A stretch of DNA of 63,425 bases, filler included, from Octopus bimaculoides (lineage: Eukaryota), in the NCBI RefSeq assembly GCF_001194135.2. It is 5 parts of 5 records of this genome, joined end to end, with 100 filler letters (N's around TTAATTAATTAA, not from the genome) between each part and the next. Parts side by side here need not be neighbours in the genome. Positions count along the whole stretch, not along the records: positions 28,179 to 53,675 come from NC_069004.1; 4 more parts are not named here. One strand, written 5' to 3'. This document shows, piece after piece, positions 33,990 through 47,776 of this stretch; position 1 is the first letter of the stretch, and each line of letters starts with the position of its first letter. The notes below the pieces were generated by a model, which saw only the letters and a program-made list of their open reading frames with translations, ran no database searches and was not told the DNA's origin. The position numbers were made by a program, and so were the translations under genes.

Positions 33990-34880
33990 CTCTGATTGAT
34001 TTCTGTTGTTGTACTGTACGCATGACATGTTCATTATAAGGGAACTTTATCGAAATATACAGAAGCAACTGAAAAATTCTTGTGAAAATTGGGGGAAACT
34101 TAAAGTTACCAGTTTTCTTACATAATAATTACATCACACCCTTCTCCTATTTCACTCTCAGTTCCTTTGTAATATATTTCTATTTTCTTCCTTCCTTCCC
34201 TCCTTCATTCTTTCATTCATTCACTCCTACCTTCCTTCCTTCCTTCCTTTCTCCGTTCTTTCCTTTCCTTTCTTTGTTTCTTTGTTTCGTTTCTTTATTC
34301 CCGAACTGTTCATTATTTAGTTGCTATATTGGTTTTTGCTTGCAATGTTTCCGTGTTCAGTCAGGCGGAATAACGCAATGTAGGAGGATGTTTAGTTGAT
34401 ATTTGTAAACCTTAGATAGATGTTATCTAGTGAAGGAAAGGGTGTTTTATGTTTGGTTTCTAAACAAAAACCAGCCATCCTGAATGGTGAACACCAATTC
34501 TAAGAAATTATTTCGCCTCTTCAAACTTTTCACCAAAACTTTATAACTTGGTAACTTGGTAACTTACATCTGGTTTACTTCTCCGGGAAATTTATTTCAA
34601 CAGTATATTAAGATCTAGCAAGAAATGGAAGAATGACGCTCATGAACTGTTTCTGGGCCTTCCGAACTGAAACGATGGAAGGATTATGTTGTCGCTTCAT
34701 AAGGGCTGTGGCCTGAATTCCTGCATTTATGCGGACATGATGGTACTTTATGAGCAGGTTATGTATGTTCCGATGATCAGCGGATAGTTGGTTAGCGAAT
34801 CCTCTGTGACAGTCGTCAATTAACGGCAAGATGAGGTACGTGGATCATGCTATTCCAAAATGTGTATGCATGTGAAAGAA

Positions 34881-35075
34881 GACCACATGTGAATGAAAAC
34901 AACGTGTGAACGAGGACCGCGTGTGAACAAGGACCACATTTGAACGAGGACCACATGTGAACGAGGACTACATGTGAACGAGAACTACGTGTGAAAGAGA
35001 ACTACGTGTGAAAGAGGGCTGTCTGTGAACGAGGACCACGTGTGAACGAGGACCACATGTGAACGGGGACCACAT
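34881..35075. repeat. 17-bp minisatellite GACCACATGTGAACGAG, about 11.5 units
   Basis: Units parsed directly from the sequence. Confidence 0.93.
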
Positions 35076-35404
35076 AAGAATTTGTATTCGCAATGAAACC
35101 CCGAACATGAACTCTCCGAAGAGATGAATGGCAAAATTGAAGTCCGCGGGATTTCAACTCAGAACGCAGAGAGCTGGAAGTAATGTCTGACGTGCTAAAG
35201 ATTCCGTCATTTCGTCCTATTCACACACACGTAAACATAGAAACTGGAAGGATGGTAACTCTGGGCAGCAGTTAGACATAGGTCGGGTTTCATCGATTAT
35301 GAGCATCCTGAGACTAAGCCGCAATAAGAGCCTACTTTTGATGCATGGACTTCACAATCTCCTCATATTTGGTTTAAGAAGTGCTGTATAAAAAAGGGAG
35401 ATAT

Positions 35405-35805
35405 CTTTTCTCTTTTAACTTGTTTCCTCTTAATAGGCTGCGGCCGTGCTGGAGCAGCGCCTTCAAGAATTTTGGTCGAACGAATCGATGCCAGTAAGTA
35501 TTTAAAAAAAAATATCTGTTACTTATTTTATCGGAATCTTTTACCGTTTTACCGAACCGCAAGATGCGGGGACATATACACACCAACACCGGTTGTGAAG
35601 TAGTGGGTGAGTGGCAGAGGCAGAAAAACACATACACGCACACATATATCCGAAAAGTTTCTTTCAGTTTCCGTCTACCAAATTCACTCACAAAGCTTTG
35701 GCCAGCACAAATCTAAAATAGAGGAGACTTGCCCAAGGTGCCATGTTGTAAGGCTGAAGTCGGAACCATGTGGTTGGGAAGCAAATTTCTTACTACACAG
35801 CCATC
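35405..35805 (-). mobile_element. Family B SINE
   Basis: CTGCGGCCGTGCTGGAGCAGCGCC...CCGTCTACCAAATTCACTCACAAAGCTTTGG...GGAACCATGTGGTTGGGAAGC. Confidence 0.88.
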
Positions 35806-35874
35806 TCGGGGTTACTGTAGAAGACACTCGTAGAAGGTGCCGTGGTTACAATGCGAGTTTCTTAAATTGCGCAG

Positions 35875-36347
35875 ACATGCCTCGTAGAAAATGCCTTATC
35901 AATTTCAGAGAAAGAATTATTGCATTTTGAACCATATTGAGTTCACCAAATATCGAAAAGGCATATGTAATGCAAAGGAAATTTGGAATTTATGTATAAA
36001 ACAATGATATAAAGACAACTGTGACAGGAAGTTTTACTTAGACTAACAAAGAAATGTTCTTGACGGTTAAACTGCATTATACTGCGACCGACAAAAACAT
36101 CTCACGCAGAGTGGAGCCTGGAATCTGAAACAAGAACTCGACTTTTGATAAAGAAAGTTCTTAGGAACTGTAAGTGGCGTAGACTGTAAATATACCGTAC
36201 TTCCTTCTGGAATTTATTTTAGTATGATAAAAAGTACGAGTCTAATTTATTCAAATGTTTTAAAATTTATTTGGTCTCCATCATCTGAGGATGTTTTAAT
36301 ATCATGGCGACAATTTGATTTTCACTTGTGCGCCTCATTATATAATC

Positions 36348-36378
<31 letters not shown>

Positions 36379-36773
36379 NNNNNNNNNNNNNNNNNNNNNN
36401 NNNNNNNNNNNNNNNNNNNNNNNNNNNNNNNNNNNNNNNNNNNNNNNNNNNNNNNNNNNNNNNNNNNNNNNNNNNNNNNNNNNNNNNNNNNNNNNNNNNN
36501 NNNNNNNNNNNNNNNNNNNNNNNNNNNNNNNNNNNNNNNNNNNNNNNNNNNNNNNNNNNNNNNNNNNNNNNNNNNNNNNNNNNNNNNNNNNNNNNNNNNN
36601 NNNNNNNNNNNNNNNNNNNNNNNNNNNNNNNNNNNNNNNNNNNNNNNNNNNNNNNNNNNNNNNNNNNNNNNNNNNNNNNNNNNNNNNNNNNNNNNNNNNN
36701 NNNNNNNNNNNNNNNNNNNNNNNNNNNNNNNNNNNNNNNNNNNNNNNNNNNNNNNNNNNNNNNNNNNNNNNNG

Positions 36774-36819
<46 letters not shown>

Positions 36820-37060
36820 CGTCTATCTATCTATCTATCTATCTATCTATCATCTAGAGCGCGTGTTGAAACTAAAGCAATTACAGAGTGGAAGACACAT
36901 ATTTGCCATTCAAAAGCGCACAAAAACTGTTAAATTCACTTAAACATTAATTATTTGATGTTAGTGCGACGGAAATTTTGACACCAAAGAATAAATGTTT
37001 AACTGAAGTAAACAGTTCTATGTGTTTTTGAATGGTGAATATATGTGTTCCACACTGTAA
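35875..37060 (+). mobile_element. Possible Tc1-type transposase relic split by a microsatellite and gap
   Basis: MPRRKCLINFRERIIAF resembles Tc1/Tc3 N-termini; K.AITEW...KLLNSL near 36870-36945; TIR-like ATATGTGTTCCACACTGTA near 37040-37060. Confidence 0.35.
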
Positions 37061-37529
37061 TGACGTACATATATGTGTGTGTGTGCACGCGTATATATAT
37101 ATATACATGAAAGTATTAAAAAAATTATGAGCCTTTATTGATGCTAGTATATCTAAGTGTAGGTAAACTGTAGGCTTTTCTATCTACAAGCAGAATATGA
37201 AGTATTAATAAATTATGAAACTAATCAAATTCATCTTTATCTTTTTTTTTTTTTTTTTTGATGAAGGAGACAAAAATCAGTGGTTTGGCACAACGTCTAC
37301 TTTCTACAACGAGAGCAATATGTTTAGTACTAAAATCATTTGAGCGTGCATTTACCTTACCTATATACCTCATCCATATATGCGTAATTATTCTATTTGT
37401 ATACACACACACACACATACACACACACATGATGGACTTTCCCGTCGTTAGATGACGTATGAGGGTTCGACAATTCCTTACCGAATAAGCACACAGATGA
37501 TTTGTTTATAATGATCAAACGTTTGTGTA

Positions 37530-37735
37530 GACAATAAGCTCAGTCCCTCCATCGAATCGACATTACCTGTACAGGTGCAGCTGGGTGCCACATGTCAGAT
37601 GTCGAAATGATCGCAGAGTAACGTGAAATGAAGTGCTTTGCTCAAGAACACAAAGCAACGCTCGGTCTGGGAATCGATCCCACGATCACGCATTCGTGAG
37701 TGCAACACCTTACCACGAAGCCACGCGCCTTCATA
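37530..37735 (-). mobile_element. tRNA-type SINE, family D
   Basis: Reverse complement GGCGCGTGGCTTCGTGGTAAGG...GGATCGATTCCCAGACC...TTCTTGAGCAAAGCACTTCATTTCACGT; related to the 55252 copy. Confidence 0.8.
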
Positions 37736-38329
37736 AAGTATTAATNNNNNNNNNNNNNNNNNNNNNNNNNNNNNNNNNNNNNNNNNNNNNNNNNNNNNNN
37801 NNNNNNNNNNNNNNNNNNNNNNNNNNNNNNNNNNNNNNNNNNNNNNNNNNNNNNNNNNNNNNNNNNNNNNNNNNNNNNNNNNNNNNNNNNNNNNNNNNNN
37901 NNNNNNNNNNNNNNNNNNNNNNNNNNNNNNNNNNNNNNNNNNNNNNNNNNNNNNNNNNNNNNNNNNNNNNNNNNNNNNNNNNNNNNNNNNNNNNNNNNNN
38001 NNNNNNNATATATAGTAAATGTTACAGGTAATACTTGATAATTGTAAGCACCTGTGAATGCCAGACCGTAAAATATATATATGTGTGTGTGTGTGTATAA
38101 AATGTCACAGGAAAGAATCACAAAACGGTTTCTGTAGGTCGAGTCAACGGGCCAAAGATTTAGAGGTCGACCAAAAACGAAATGGTTACATAATATCCGT
38201 AATCACAGATGGTCATGCTTGGGAATTCAGCCGGAAAGCGTAATGAGCGTTGTTTCTAATAGGAATCTTTAGGGGAAGTGTCTGAGAACTCTACTCCCTG
38301 ACCGTCACAAGAATAGTGGGCAGAGAAGA

Positions 38330-38880
38330 TAGATGGGTTGATGATGCACCTACGTTGATGGATAATAATTTTCTTTCTTGCCCTTAACCCTCCAACGCGA
38401 AGTATAGGCCACTTATAATTGCATTCCATATCGCATAATTTCTCGCTTCTGTACTTATACTCTGCCATGAATGTCCCCCTTTCTCTAGTTCCTTTTGTGT
38501 TGATCCACGCCACGAGTTCTTAGGCCTACCCCTCTTTCTATATCCATCCGGATTCCACTGTAAAGCACTTTTCGCTACATTTGGTGTGTCATTTCGAATT
38601 GTGCTACCAATCCACTTGCACTTTTTTCTTAAATATTTGCTCCCTAATCGAAACTTGATTCGTTCTTTGCCATAGCTCCATATTGCTTATGTTTTCGGGG
38701 CCATCTGATTTTAAGTATATTACGCAAGCACCTGTTGATGAATGATTGTATTTGCTTATTTGACTTAACTGTTGTTCTCCATGTCTCAGCCCCATACAAA
38801 CCACTTTTACGTTAGTGTTAAAAATTCTTATTTTGTTCTTTATTGAAATTACACTTGCGCTCCATACTTTTTTAACAGAT
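38330..38880 (-). mobile_element. RTE-clade LINE 3' relic
   Basis: RIFNTNVK..LYGAETWRTTVKSNKQIQSFINRCLRNILKIRWP..ISN.ELWQRTNQ. Confidence 0.88.
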
Positions 38881-40227
38881 GAAAAGCGGTTCTTGATGGA
38901 TAATCATTTTTTTTTATATGTAAGATATACATCCAGTTTTATATTTCACAGCGAGGCTAATATTCATTGAAAAATTTGTGACAGGCAAAAATTACTTTAA
39001 TAATCTGTATTTTATGTTGGAAACAACAATGCGGTTTTCGAAAATATTAAACATTAGCCAAAATGTTCATATGATTGACATTGTATTCTGCTAGAGCTTC
39101 AGGCGGGTAGAAGATAATTACCGAAAATTTCAGTATCTGTCAGCAGTGTTTTCAAAGATAATCTCTACTTGCAATATCAAGGCAGTTGCGAGTTTTCATT
39201 GTAGGTAAGCTACCATACGAGATTAGACTAGATAATATGGAGAAAAAGTATTGAATACTAATTTACTTTCCTTGAGAAAAGTAGAAGTTTTCTAATAATT
39301 TCATTATTTTCACTGTAAATTATATTTGAATTTTGTAGTGGTGGTTTCATCCCTTGGAGACTGGTATGTTCCCATTTTATAATTTATAGTATGAGACACT
39401 AAGGGGTAGCAGTTTCGGCGCTGACGATCTGACGTGGCTAACTGGACATTCAGCTTGTTTTTGCGACTGTAGTTTTTGTCACTGGAGGCAAGCAGATGCA
39501 CACACGCACGCGAGCACAGATATACAGATAAAGATACAGTGATGGAGAGTGAGAAATTGCTAATTATTAACAAAACACGATTGACATAATTACATTCCCT
39601 CATAGACAAAGAGAAATATGTTTACACACGTAACCAGTGAGGGGGAGAAAACTCTGTGCGTATGTGTGTGTGAGGGAGAGAAAGAGAGAGAGAGATAAGA
39701 AAGGGAAAAGACTAGAAAAGCATTACAGCATATGATATCAAGTAAGTCAGCGTCGCGTAGGTGACGCCAAATGAACTGCACCAAAACGGCTACGCCAAAA
39801 CATCCCATACCATATAATTTAAGGTCATGGTCAGCTGAATTTACCACAAATGGTTCCGCTATTCACCATGGAATACTCATCCGTAGTAAGATACTAGAGT
39901 GCAATTACTTCACCTACATTGTGCGAGCGATAAACTTCTACTAGAAGCTCCTCTCTAGTAAGTTGCTAATGATGATCTAATTGAAATTTGTATAGCGACG
40001 CGATCTCTTGCATCGGTGTTCAACTACTTCCTATATTCAATATAGACAGAAAGACTGAGTTCGGCGTCAAAAATGAATACGGTCAAAGCCTGCCCCAACT
40101 TTGGAGATCCTATGTTATTTCTGAAAAACCTGAGTGTTCCAGTGTATGCAATGACAGCCTCATCGCTAAATTTGAGTTTTCTTCTTGTCACTGTTCAACA
40201 GATTAAAGATTTCCAAATATAAAAGAC

Positions 40228-40360
40228 AGGTACAATAAGTACTTGGCTTATGCAGAATAAGTCCTGAGATTGATTTCTTCGACTAAAACCTTTGAAGGCG
40301 GTGCTCCAGCATGGCCGCAGTCAAACGATCGAGCCAAGTAAAAGAATAAAAGATTAAAAA
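40228..40360 (+). mobile_element. Family B SINE 3' end
   Basis: ATAAGTACT...GAATAAGTCCTGAG...GGCGGTGCTCCAGCATGGCCGCAG...AGTAAAAGAATAAAAG. Confidence 0.85.
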
Positions 40361-40379
40361 GAAAATTTGGATGACAAGA

Positions 40380-41110
40380 GCGTCAACGCTAAGCAGTGAT
40401 GAGGAATAAATGATCTTTAGGCAAGCTTCTAATGGCGAATTCGCTGCAGTTACTATGGTGAAAAATTTCTCGATTATGGTGAAAGGTGTAAAACGCCATA
40501 TCTCTTCAGTATCAAGTCCACCTAGCGGATTTCCATTCGCATTTTTGGCTCTTTAGCATTTCTCGGTGACAGATACCAATGAGAGATAACGCGAGAAGAT
40601 TCTAAAACTTTAAATTTAACTTAGAACAATCAAGATGAGTGACAGAATTGCGCTCGCGGACCGTCCATTCAGAATAATAAAGCAGCACTAGTACTAAGCA
40701 GCCGATAGGGAATAAATGAACTTCCGGTTAGTTAAAAGTATTTTAGTTAAATATTTCAACTACTGAAGGCAAATTCGGTGAAGTTACAGTGATGAAAATA
40801 TTCTCGCTTATGGTGAAAGGTGTAAGACACCATATCTGCTCAGTATCTACCCCCTAGCAAGCTCCCTGACACGTTTGTGGTTCTTTAGTCTTCCTCGGTA
40901 GGAGATGTTACAGGGAGATAACTGGAGCAGATGTTAAAGCTGTAACTTTATCTTAGAACAAACAAAATCAATGTCAGGGCTGCGCCCACGGACGGCCTGG
41001 TCGGAATAAAGGCAATAGAATCAACACTAAGCAGCGATAAGGAATAAATGAACTTTATGTTAGTTAAAATATTGTGTTAGTTAAAATATCAAATTCTAAA
41101 GGACAGAATG
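40380..41110. repeat. Degenerate tandem array with a unit of about 305-335 bp, about 2.3 copies
   Basis: CTAAGCAG..GAT..GGAATAAATGA recurs at 40389, 40694 and 41027; TTATGGTGAAAGGTGTAA..C.CCATATCT recurs about 340 bp apart. Confidence 0.85.
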
Positions 41111-41259
41111 CATCAAACCTGGCAACCACCAGCAATTAACTAAGCTACTTAACACTCACGCTATAAAACTGTCTCAGTGTGTCACAGAGTAATGATGACA
41201 ATAATACTGTCTTTTGATAGACATCATCTCTCTGTATTCTTTATATTTTACTTGGACTG

Positions 41260-41461
41260 CGGCCAAGCTGGGGCCTTGAAGGGTTGCTGTCGAACAAGTA
41301 AGACCTCATGAGTTTGGAAAACTGATACTTATTCTATCGGATCCGTTTGCCGAATCGCTTGGTTATGGAGACGTAAACATACCGATACTGGGTGTGGAGT
41401 GGTGGTGGGAGACAACCACAAACACTTCCAGCCAGATAGATACATGTATCTGCATAGATGT

Positions 41462-41513
<52 letters not shown>

Positions 41514-41580
41514 GCACACACACAAAGCCATACATACATACATACATACATACATACATACACATACATATATACATATA

Positions 41581-41611
<31 letters not shown>

Positions 41612-41750
41612 GCACAGACACACAGACACACACACACATATATACATATAGACATATACAACGGGCTTCTTTCAGTTTCCATCTATCAAGACCACTCATA
41701 AGATCGTTATTTGTTCGTTTCGAGGCTATAGTAGAAGACAAGATGCCACA
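41260..41750 (-). mobile_element. Family B SINE with an expanded internal microsatellite
   Basis: 3' part 41260-41420, (AT)(CA)(CATA) block about 41450-41655, 5' part 41660-41750. Confidence 0.82.
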
Positions 41751-41752
41751 CA

Positions 41753-41783
<31 letters not shown>

Positions 41784-41928
41784 TTACATACATAAATGCA
41801 TACATGCATTCATACATACAGACCCGTACATACATACACACACGTACATACATGCATACATATGCATACATAAATATGTGTGCATGTATCTATACATATA
41901 TATTTATATGTGTGTGTGTATGTGTGTG

Positions 41929-41960
<32 letters not shown>

Positions 41961-42353
41961 CTTTTATCTAAGACATAAAATGTTATAAAGCACGCAAAGA
42001 CACTTACGAAAATCAATGAACTTCCAAGCACTGCAATGGTTTTTCAAATATCATAGTATACAAATAAATCGTTTTCCACTCCAGACGCTATTGAGCAAGT
42101 GGTTCTGCGCTTTTCTTGTTCAAAGATCTTCATGCAATTCTTCAAAGATACACTAGTGATTTGTCTTGTCGTTCTTGGCTCTTGTCTCTAAGTGGTTTTG
42201 CATGTTACATGATCGCATCGTATCATTTGAAATTGCAAGCATGCATATATAACACGGTGGCTGCCTAATGTTCTCTAGCGATACATTAAAACCAATAAGA
42301 CGTCGTAGACTTTTAAATAAAAGCAACAAGTGATATAAGAAATCGATTTATAA

Positions 42354-42570
42354 GGCGGTGAGCTGACAGAATTTTAGCACGGTGGGCAAAATCCTTAGCG
42401 GCATTTCGTCTTTTTATATTTTCTGAGTTCAAAGTCTGCCGAGGTCGAATTTGACATTCTTCCAATCAGGATCACTGAGACGAGTATCAGTTCAGCACTA
42501 AGATTGATGAAATCGACTTAACCATACGTCCGAAATTGCCGGAATTCAGCCAAAATTTGAACTAGTATAA
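42354..42570 (+). mobile_element. Family A SINE, degenerate
   Basis: AAGGCGGTGAGCTGACAGAA...TCTGAGTTCAAAGTCTGCCGAGGTCG. Confidence 0.85.
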
Positions 42571-42642
42571 GTAATCTACTTAAATAATAAATGATGCAGA
42601 AATACTGTGAGCTTAATGGTTATACTATGAAATAATAGGCAC

Positions 42643-42790
42643 AGGCGTGGCTGTGTGGTAAGAAGCTTGCTTCCCAACTACATTGTTCCGGATTCAGTCG
42701 CGCTGCGTGTTACCTTAGGCAAGTGTCTTCTACTACAGCCTCGGGCCGACCGAAGCCTTGCGAGTCGATTTGGTAGACGGAAACTGGTTG
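42643..42790 (+). mobile_element. Family B SINE 5' part
   Basis: GGCGTGGCTGTGTGGTAAGAAGCTTGC...GATTTGGTAGACGGAAACTG. Confidence 0.88.
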
Positions 42791-42824
42791 CATGTGTGCG
42801 TGTGTGTGTTGTATTATTGATGTG

Positions 42825-43800
42825 TCTAAATGTAGAGTAATGGTTAGATATTCGTTTGGACTACTGAGATGAAGAACAACCTATGTAAAAAAAAAGACGT
42901 CAGAAACGGAAGTAATTTTACATTGATAAAAAATGTCTCTTGTCTTAGAGTTACTGCTAAAGAAACGAATGCGATTGGAATTTATATCAGAAATACTAAT
43001 ATTGTTGCTATTATTATTTAAAGAATGGTTAGTGTTAATAATATCAATGTTACTATTTTCATTAAGTGGATTTGTATTTAACAATTTATTATACGAAAAG
43101 ATGATTTGTGAAATGATTTTAATGTTAGAAAACCCTATCCTGATTCGGTGTAAATTAATAATCGAACAGTGTCTTAAATTTTTTGAGAAATTCCTTTCTA
43201 TAACCTCACGAAACTGGTAAGGGAGGTTGGATTTGATCTGCTTACCATATGGAATTATCAACCAAACAGTTTTGCAAGGACATACGTTGTTATTTAGGTA
43301 ATTATCTTTAAAAGTCCTCAATCTACTTTTATAACGAAAAAAGGGTCTTAAAGGACGGTTATCTCCCCTACGCTGCAGAATTACATTACTCGATTTAGTG
43401 TTGTTATTCGAACTAAACTTTATATTCTTAATATCGTTATGACTTGATTTCATGTTCTGATTAATAGAGGTAGAATTAATGTCAATGGGGTTAATATAGG
43501 TATTTTTTTTTCTTTATAGCCTACTTTAAGTAAGGCAGAGTTATAAATTCAGCTTTATCATTGAAAATATCAACATCATCAGATAATCTAGAAAGTCTAA
43601 GTGAAATATTTCTAACTAAATTCCTTGTAATCGCCTTACAGTGATTACTGAAAGAGCTATTATATTTTAAATTAGTTGAGAGTTTATGGTATGGGAAATA
43701 TGAATCATTATATAAGTTAAGGGTAATATCCAAAAAGTTGGCTTTAATTATGCCATCGTCGATATTTCATATCATTTATTTATTTAATTATTATATCATT
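42825..43800 (-). mobile_element. Penelope-like element relic: RT C-terminus, linker and start of GIY-YIG
   Basis: YR.DDG, DITLNLYNDSYFPYHK...SNH..AI.RNLVRNISLRLSRLS, VWLIIPY.KQIKSNL, IFYQCKITS...FYIG...KRISNHYSTF. Confidence 0.88.
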
Positions 43801-43867
43801 AATTTAATTGAACACGATGCATCCATTCCCAAGTAAGTTTATCTTCACCCATTTTTTGTGCGACATA

Positions 43868-44085
43868 CGAAGGGGTGCTGGAAAGTTTCTGGTTTTGGGT
43901 AGAAGAAAATATAGGAGGATCAGTTAATTATGATTTTATTCAACATGTTCCCCTCTCAGATTCACATACTTACTGCAGCAGCCCTTCAGTCTTTCTAAGC
44001 GATATAAAAGAACTCGGAATTTTGGGCTTACTACCACCCCCTTCACTATACCCTTGAAGCCAGGAACATCCCAGTAACCCCCTCG
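43868..44085 (-). mobile_element. Mariner-derived MITE, 218 bp, TA target-site duplication
   Basis: TA|CGAAGGGGTGCTGGAAAGTTTCTGG and CCAGGAACATCCCAGTAACCCCCTCG|TA; interior keeps the transposase end LERLKGCCSKYVNLRGEHVE*. Confidence 0.85.
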
Positions 44086-44828
44086 TATATATGGATAGAA
44101 TTCAAACAAAAAGAAATAAAGAAAGTCTTTAACACATCTTTGATGACCAGTTACTGATATGTCCCATGATGACGACGTATTTCCTCGTCTCTACGGAACT
44201 GGTCCGAACCTTCGCCGACCGACGCTACTGACTATGTCAGTCCATTATTTATTCGTAGTGGATCAGCCCACTTCTCTTCTGGGGGCGTCCGTCACAACAG
44301 TTATAATTGTGTCTGTACCAACTCTGCTTTCAACGCCAGTTGACGCAAAATTTCTAAGTGAAGATTTCAATGGAACTTTGTATTATATTTAACTCTTCGC
44401 TAAACCCACATCAGGGATTTACCCTTGTGAGGCTAGGATTTTCTACAACGAGAGAATTTCGACATTAGCCTGGAAAGCGACTGTACAGATAATCTAAACT
44501 TAGCGTTGTGTGCTGCATTGGAAATGTCCTATTTTTCTACTCTCCTAGGACATTATATATATATCCATTACGGAGTAGATGAAACAGGGACAACTGACGA
44601 AGGGGTATACTCTTTATGTTGCATGTCTCGTTTTTCAGTTTGTTTGTGTTGTTTCGTTGTTCGAAAAAAGTTCGTTTTCTATGTTTTCGTCTTTATATTT
44701 TCGTTTTTTTATTGTGTTTAACGTTTTTTTTTTATGTCCTGTTCCAATATATGCATATGTATATATGCATATAGATGTAGATATGTACATATATGTATGT
44801 ACATATGCATATATTTATATATTATTTA

Positions 44829-44882
<54 letters not shown>

Positions 44883-45160
44883 ATTTTTTTATTACCCACA
44901 ACGGGCCAACACAGTATGTATGTGTGTGTTTGTATGTATGTATGTGTGCGACTATATATGTATGTATGTAAGAGAAGAGAGTTCTAAAAATATATCATTG
45001 CTCGCGTTTCATTGGAAAATTTAAGACCAAACTCCAAAAATATATAAGCTTGGACTAATAAAATTGATCCATCTACACGTCATCTTAGATCAGGGTTTAT
45101 TTGGAAAAGTTGTGTTGTTTTACATATCTATATCTATATATACATACATAAATACATACG

Positions 45161-45228
<68 letters not shown>

Positions 45229-45246
45229 CATACATACATAAATACA

Positions 45247-45277
<31 letters not shown>

Positions 45278-45789
45278 GTACATACATACATACATACATA
45301 CATACATACATACATACATAGAGAAGTTGCATTAATTGAAAAAACGTCATCGTGCAATTCTTTCCAAGTTTGAAATGGACCATAAAGTATTTATTATTTA
45401 TGGTAAGACAAGCTGGAGACGACACTCATTGGCAGATACAGGATAGGGACAGACACACACAGGCACACACAGACGTACACAAACACACACACACGCACAC
45501 ACATATATACGTATACACATGCAGATGAATATGTATATGTGTGTGTATATATATATATATATATAGATCGGTACATACATATATAAATATATAAATACTT
45601 ACGTACATGCATATATACATATATATACGTACAAATATACATACATATATACTTGGATATTTACATACATACATACATACACATATAAATACCGACTAGA
45701 TATTTTTTCTGACAACGACAAATTCAATCATATATTTTTAGTTACACAAACTTATACAAACAAATAAATAAGAGTATACATATACGGAC

Positions 45790-45827
<38 letters not shown>

Positions 45828-45854
45828 ATACACCCATACATGTCTGTGCGTGTG

Positions 45855-45916
<62 letters not shown>

Positions 45917-45985
45917 GCGCTGAGCTGGCAGAAACGTTAGCACGCTGAGCGAAATGCTTAGCGGTATTTCGTCTGCTGTTAGAAA
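45917..45985 (+). mobile_element. Family A SINE head
   Basis: GGCGCTGAGCTGGCAGAAACGTTAGCACGCTGAGCGAAATGCTTAGCGGTATTTCG. Confidence 0.85.
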
Positions 45986-46104
45986 CCGGGAAACCAGACC
46001 CATAAGCCTGGCTAGGCTTTGAAAGGGCGCATAAATAAAAAAAGAATGATAAAACAATGGATCTGTTCTCGACCAAAGATATCTGGATATCTCTTATTCT
46101 TTCA

Positions 46105-46285
46105 CTAGTTTCAGTTAATGGACTGAGGCCATACTGGGGCCATACTGGGGCCATACTGGGGCACTACGATGAAGTTTTTCAGTCCAACAGATCGACACCA
46201 GTATTGATTCAAGTCTGGTATTCATTCTGTCGGTTCTCTTCTGACGAACCATTAAGTTACGAGGACGTAAACAAACCAGCAAAGA
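46105..46285 (-). mobile_element. Family B-like SINE 3' part with an 11-bp triplication (GGCCATACTGG)x3
   Basis: Reverse-complement tail motifs plus the visible triplication at about 46128-46160. Confidence 0.7.
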
Positions 46286-46471
46286 CAGATGACAATACCC
46301 ATGGATTACGATGTGATTTAGTGATATTTGACTGATGTCTCAAGTAGCTCCATCTACCATGTATAGGTTCTAGGTCATGCGGACGGTTGTGTGTGTGTGC
46401 GCCTGTATGAAAGTGAGTGTGTGCATGCGAGTGCGTTCATGTGTGTGTGTGTGTGCGTGTGTGTGTGTACG

Positions 46472-46502
<31 letters not shown>

Positions 46503-46687
46503 GTGTGATTTTTGCTAATTCCATTTTGACAATGAAGATAGACAGAAATAAATTGTTGTATTCAATGTTGTAGACTTGTTTTTGTTCCGCTTTAATAGAT
46601 CGGTAAACTTGAGGGAGATTTCTATTGAAATGTCCAATACACTAAAAATCTACGTAATTATACACACACTCACACATATACATTTGC

Positions 46688-46718
<31 letters not shown>

Positions 46719-47733
46719 TACATGTGCATATACACACACACATTTATATATAAACACACAGGCACTCACATGCATATATACATANNNNNNNNNNNNNNNN
46801 NNNNNNNNNNNNNNNNNNNNNNNNNNNNNNNNNNNNNNNNNNNNNNNNNNNNNNNNNNNNNNNNNNNNNNNNNNNNNNNNNNNNNNNNNNNNNNNNNNNN
46901 NNNNNNNNNNNNNNNNNNNNNNNNNNNNNNNNNNNNNNNNNNNNNNNNNNNNNNNNNNNNNNNNNNNNNNNNNNNNNNNNNNNNNNNNNNNNNNNNNNNN
47001 NNNNNNNNNNNNNNNNNNNNNNNNNNNNNNNNNNNNNNNNNNNNNNNNNNNNNNNNNNNNNNNNNNNNNNNNNNNNNNNNNNNNNNNNNNNNNNNNNNNN
47101 NNNNNNNNNNNNNNNNNNNNNNNNNNNNNNNNNNNNNNNNNNNNNNNNNNNNNNNNNNNNNNNNNNNNNNNNNNNNNNNNNNNNNNNNNNNNNNNNNNNN
47201 NNNNNNNNNNNNNNNNNNNNNNNNNNNNNNNNNNNNNNNNNNNNNNNNNNNNNNNNNNNNNNNNNNNNNNNNNNNNNNNNNNNNNNNNNNNNNNNNNNNN
47301 NNNNNNNNNNNNNNNNNNNNNNNNNNNNNNNNNNNNNNNNNNNNNNNNNNNNNNNNNNNNNNNNNNNNNNNNNNNNNNNNNNNNNNNNNNNNNNNNNNNN
47401 NNNNNNNNNNNNNNNNNNNNNNNNNNNNNNNNNNNNNNNNNNNNNNNNNNNNNNNNNNNNNNNNNNNNNNNNNNNNNNNNNNNNNNNNNNNNNNNNNNNN
47501 NNNNNNNNNNNNNNNNNNNNNNNNNNNNNNNNNNNNNNNNNNNNNNNNNNNNNNNNNNNNNNNNNNNNNNNNNNNNNNNNNNNNNNNNNNNNNNNNNNNN
47601 NATATGTATATGTATATATACATATGTGTATATATATATGTAGATGGATAGCTAGATAGATAGTCAGACGCACCCATACACACATGTATGTATACACACA
47701 CACACTCACACGCACACACACACACACACACAT

Positions 47734-47776
<43 letters not shown>

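Noticed and set aside
44575-44610. GAAAC...CTGACGA close together
   Set aside because: Only 9 nt between the motifs, too few for stems I and III.
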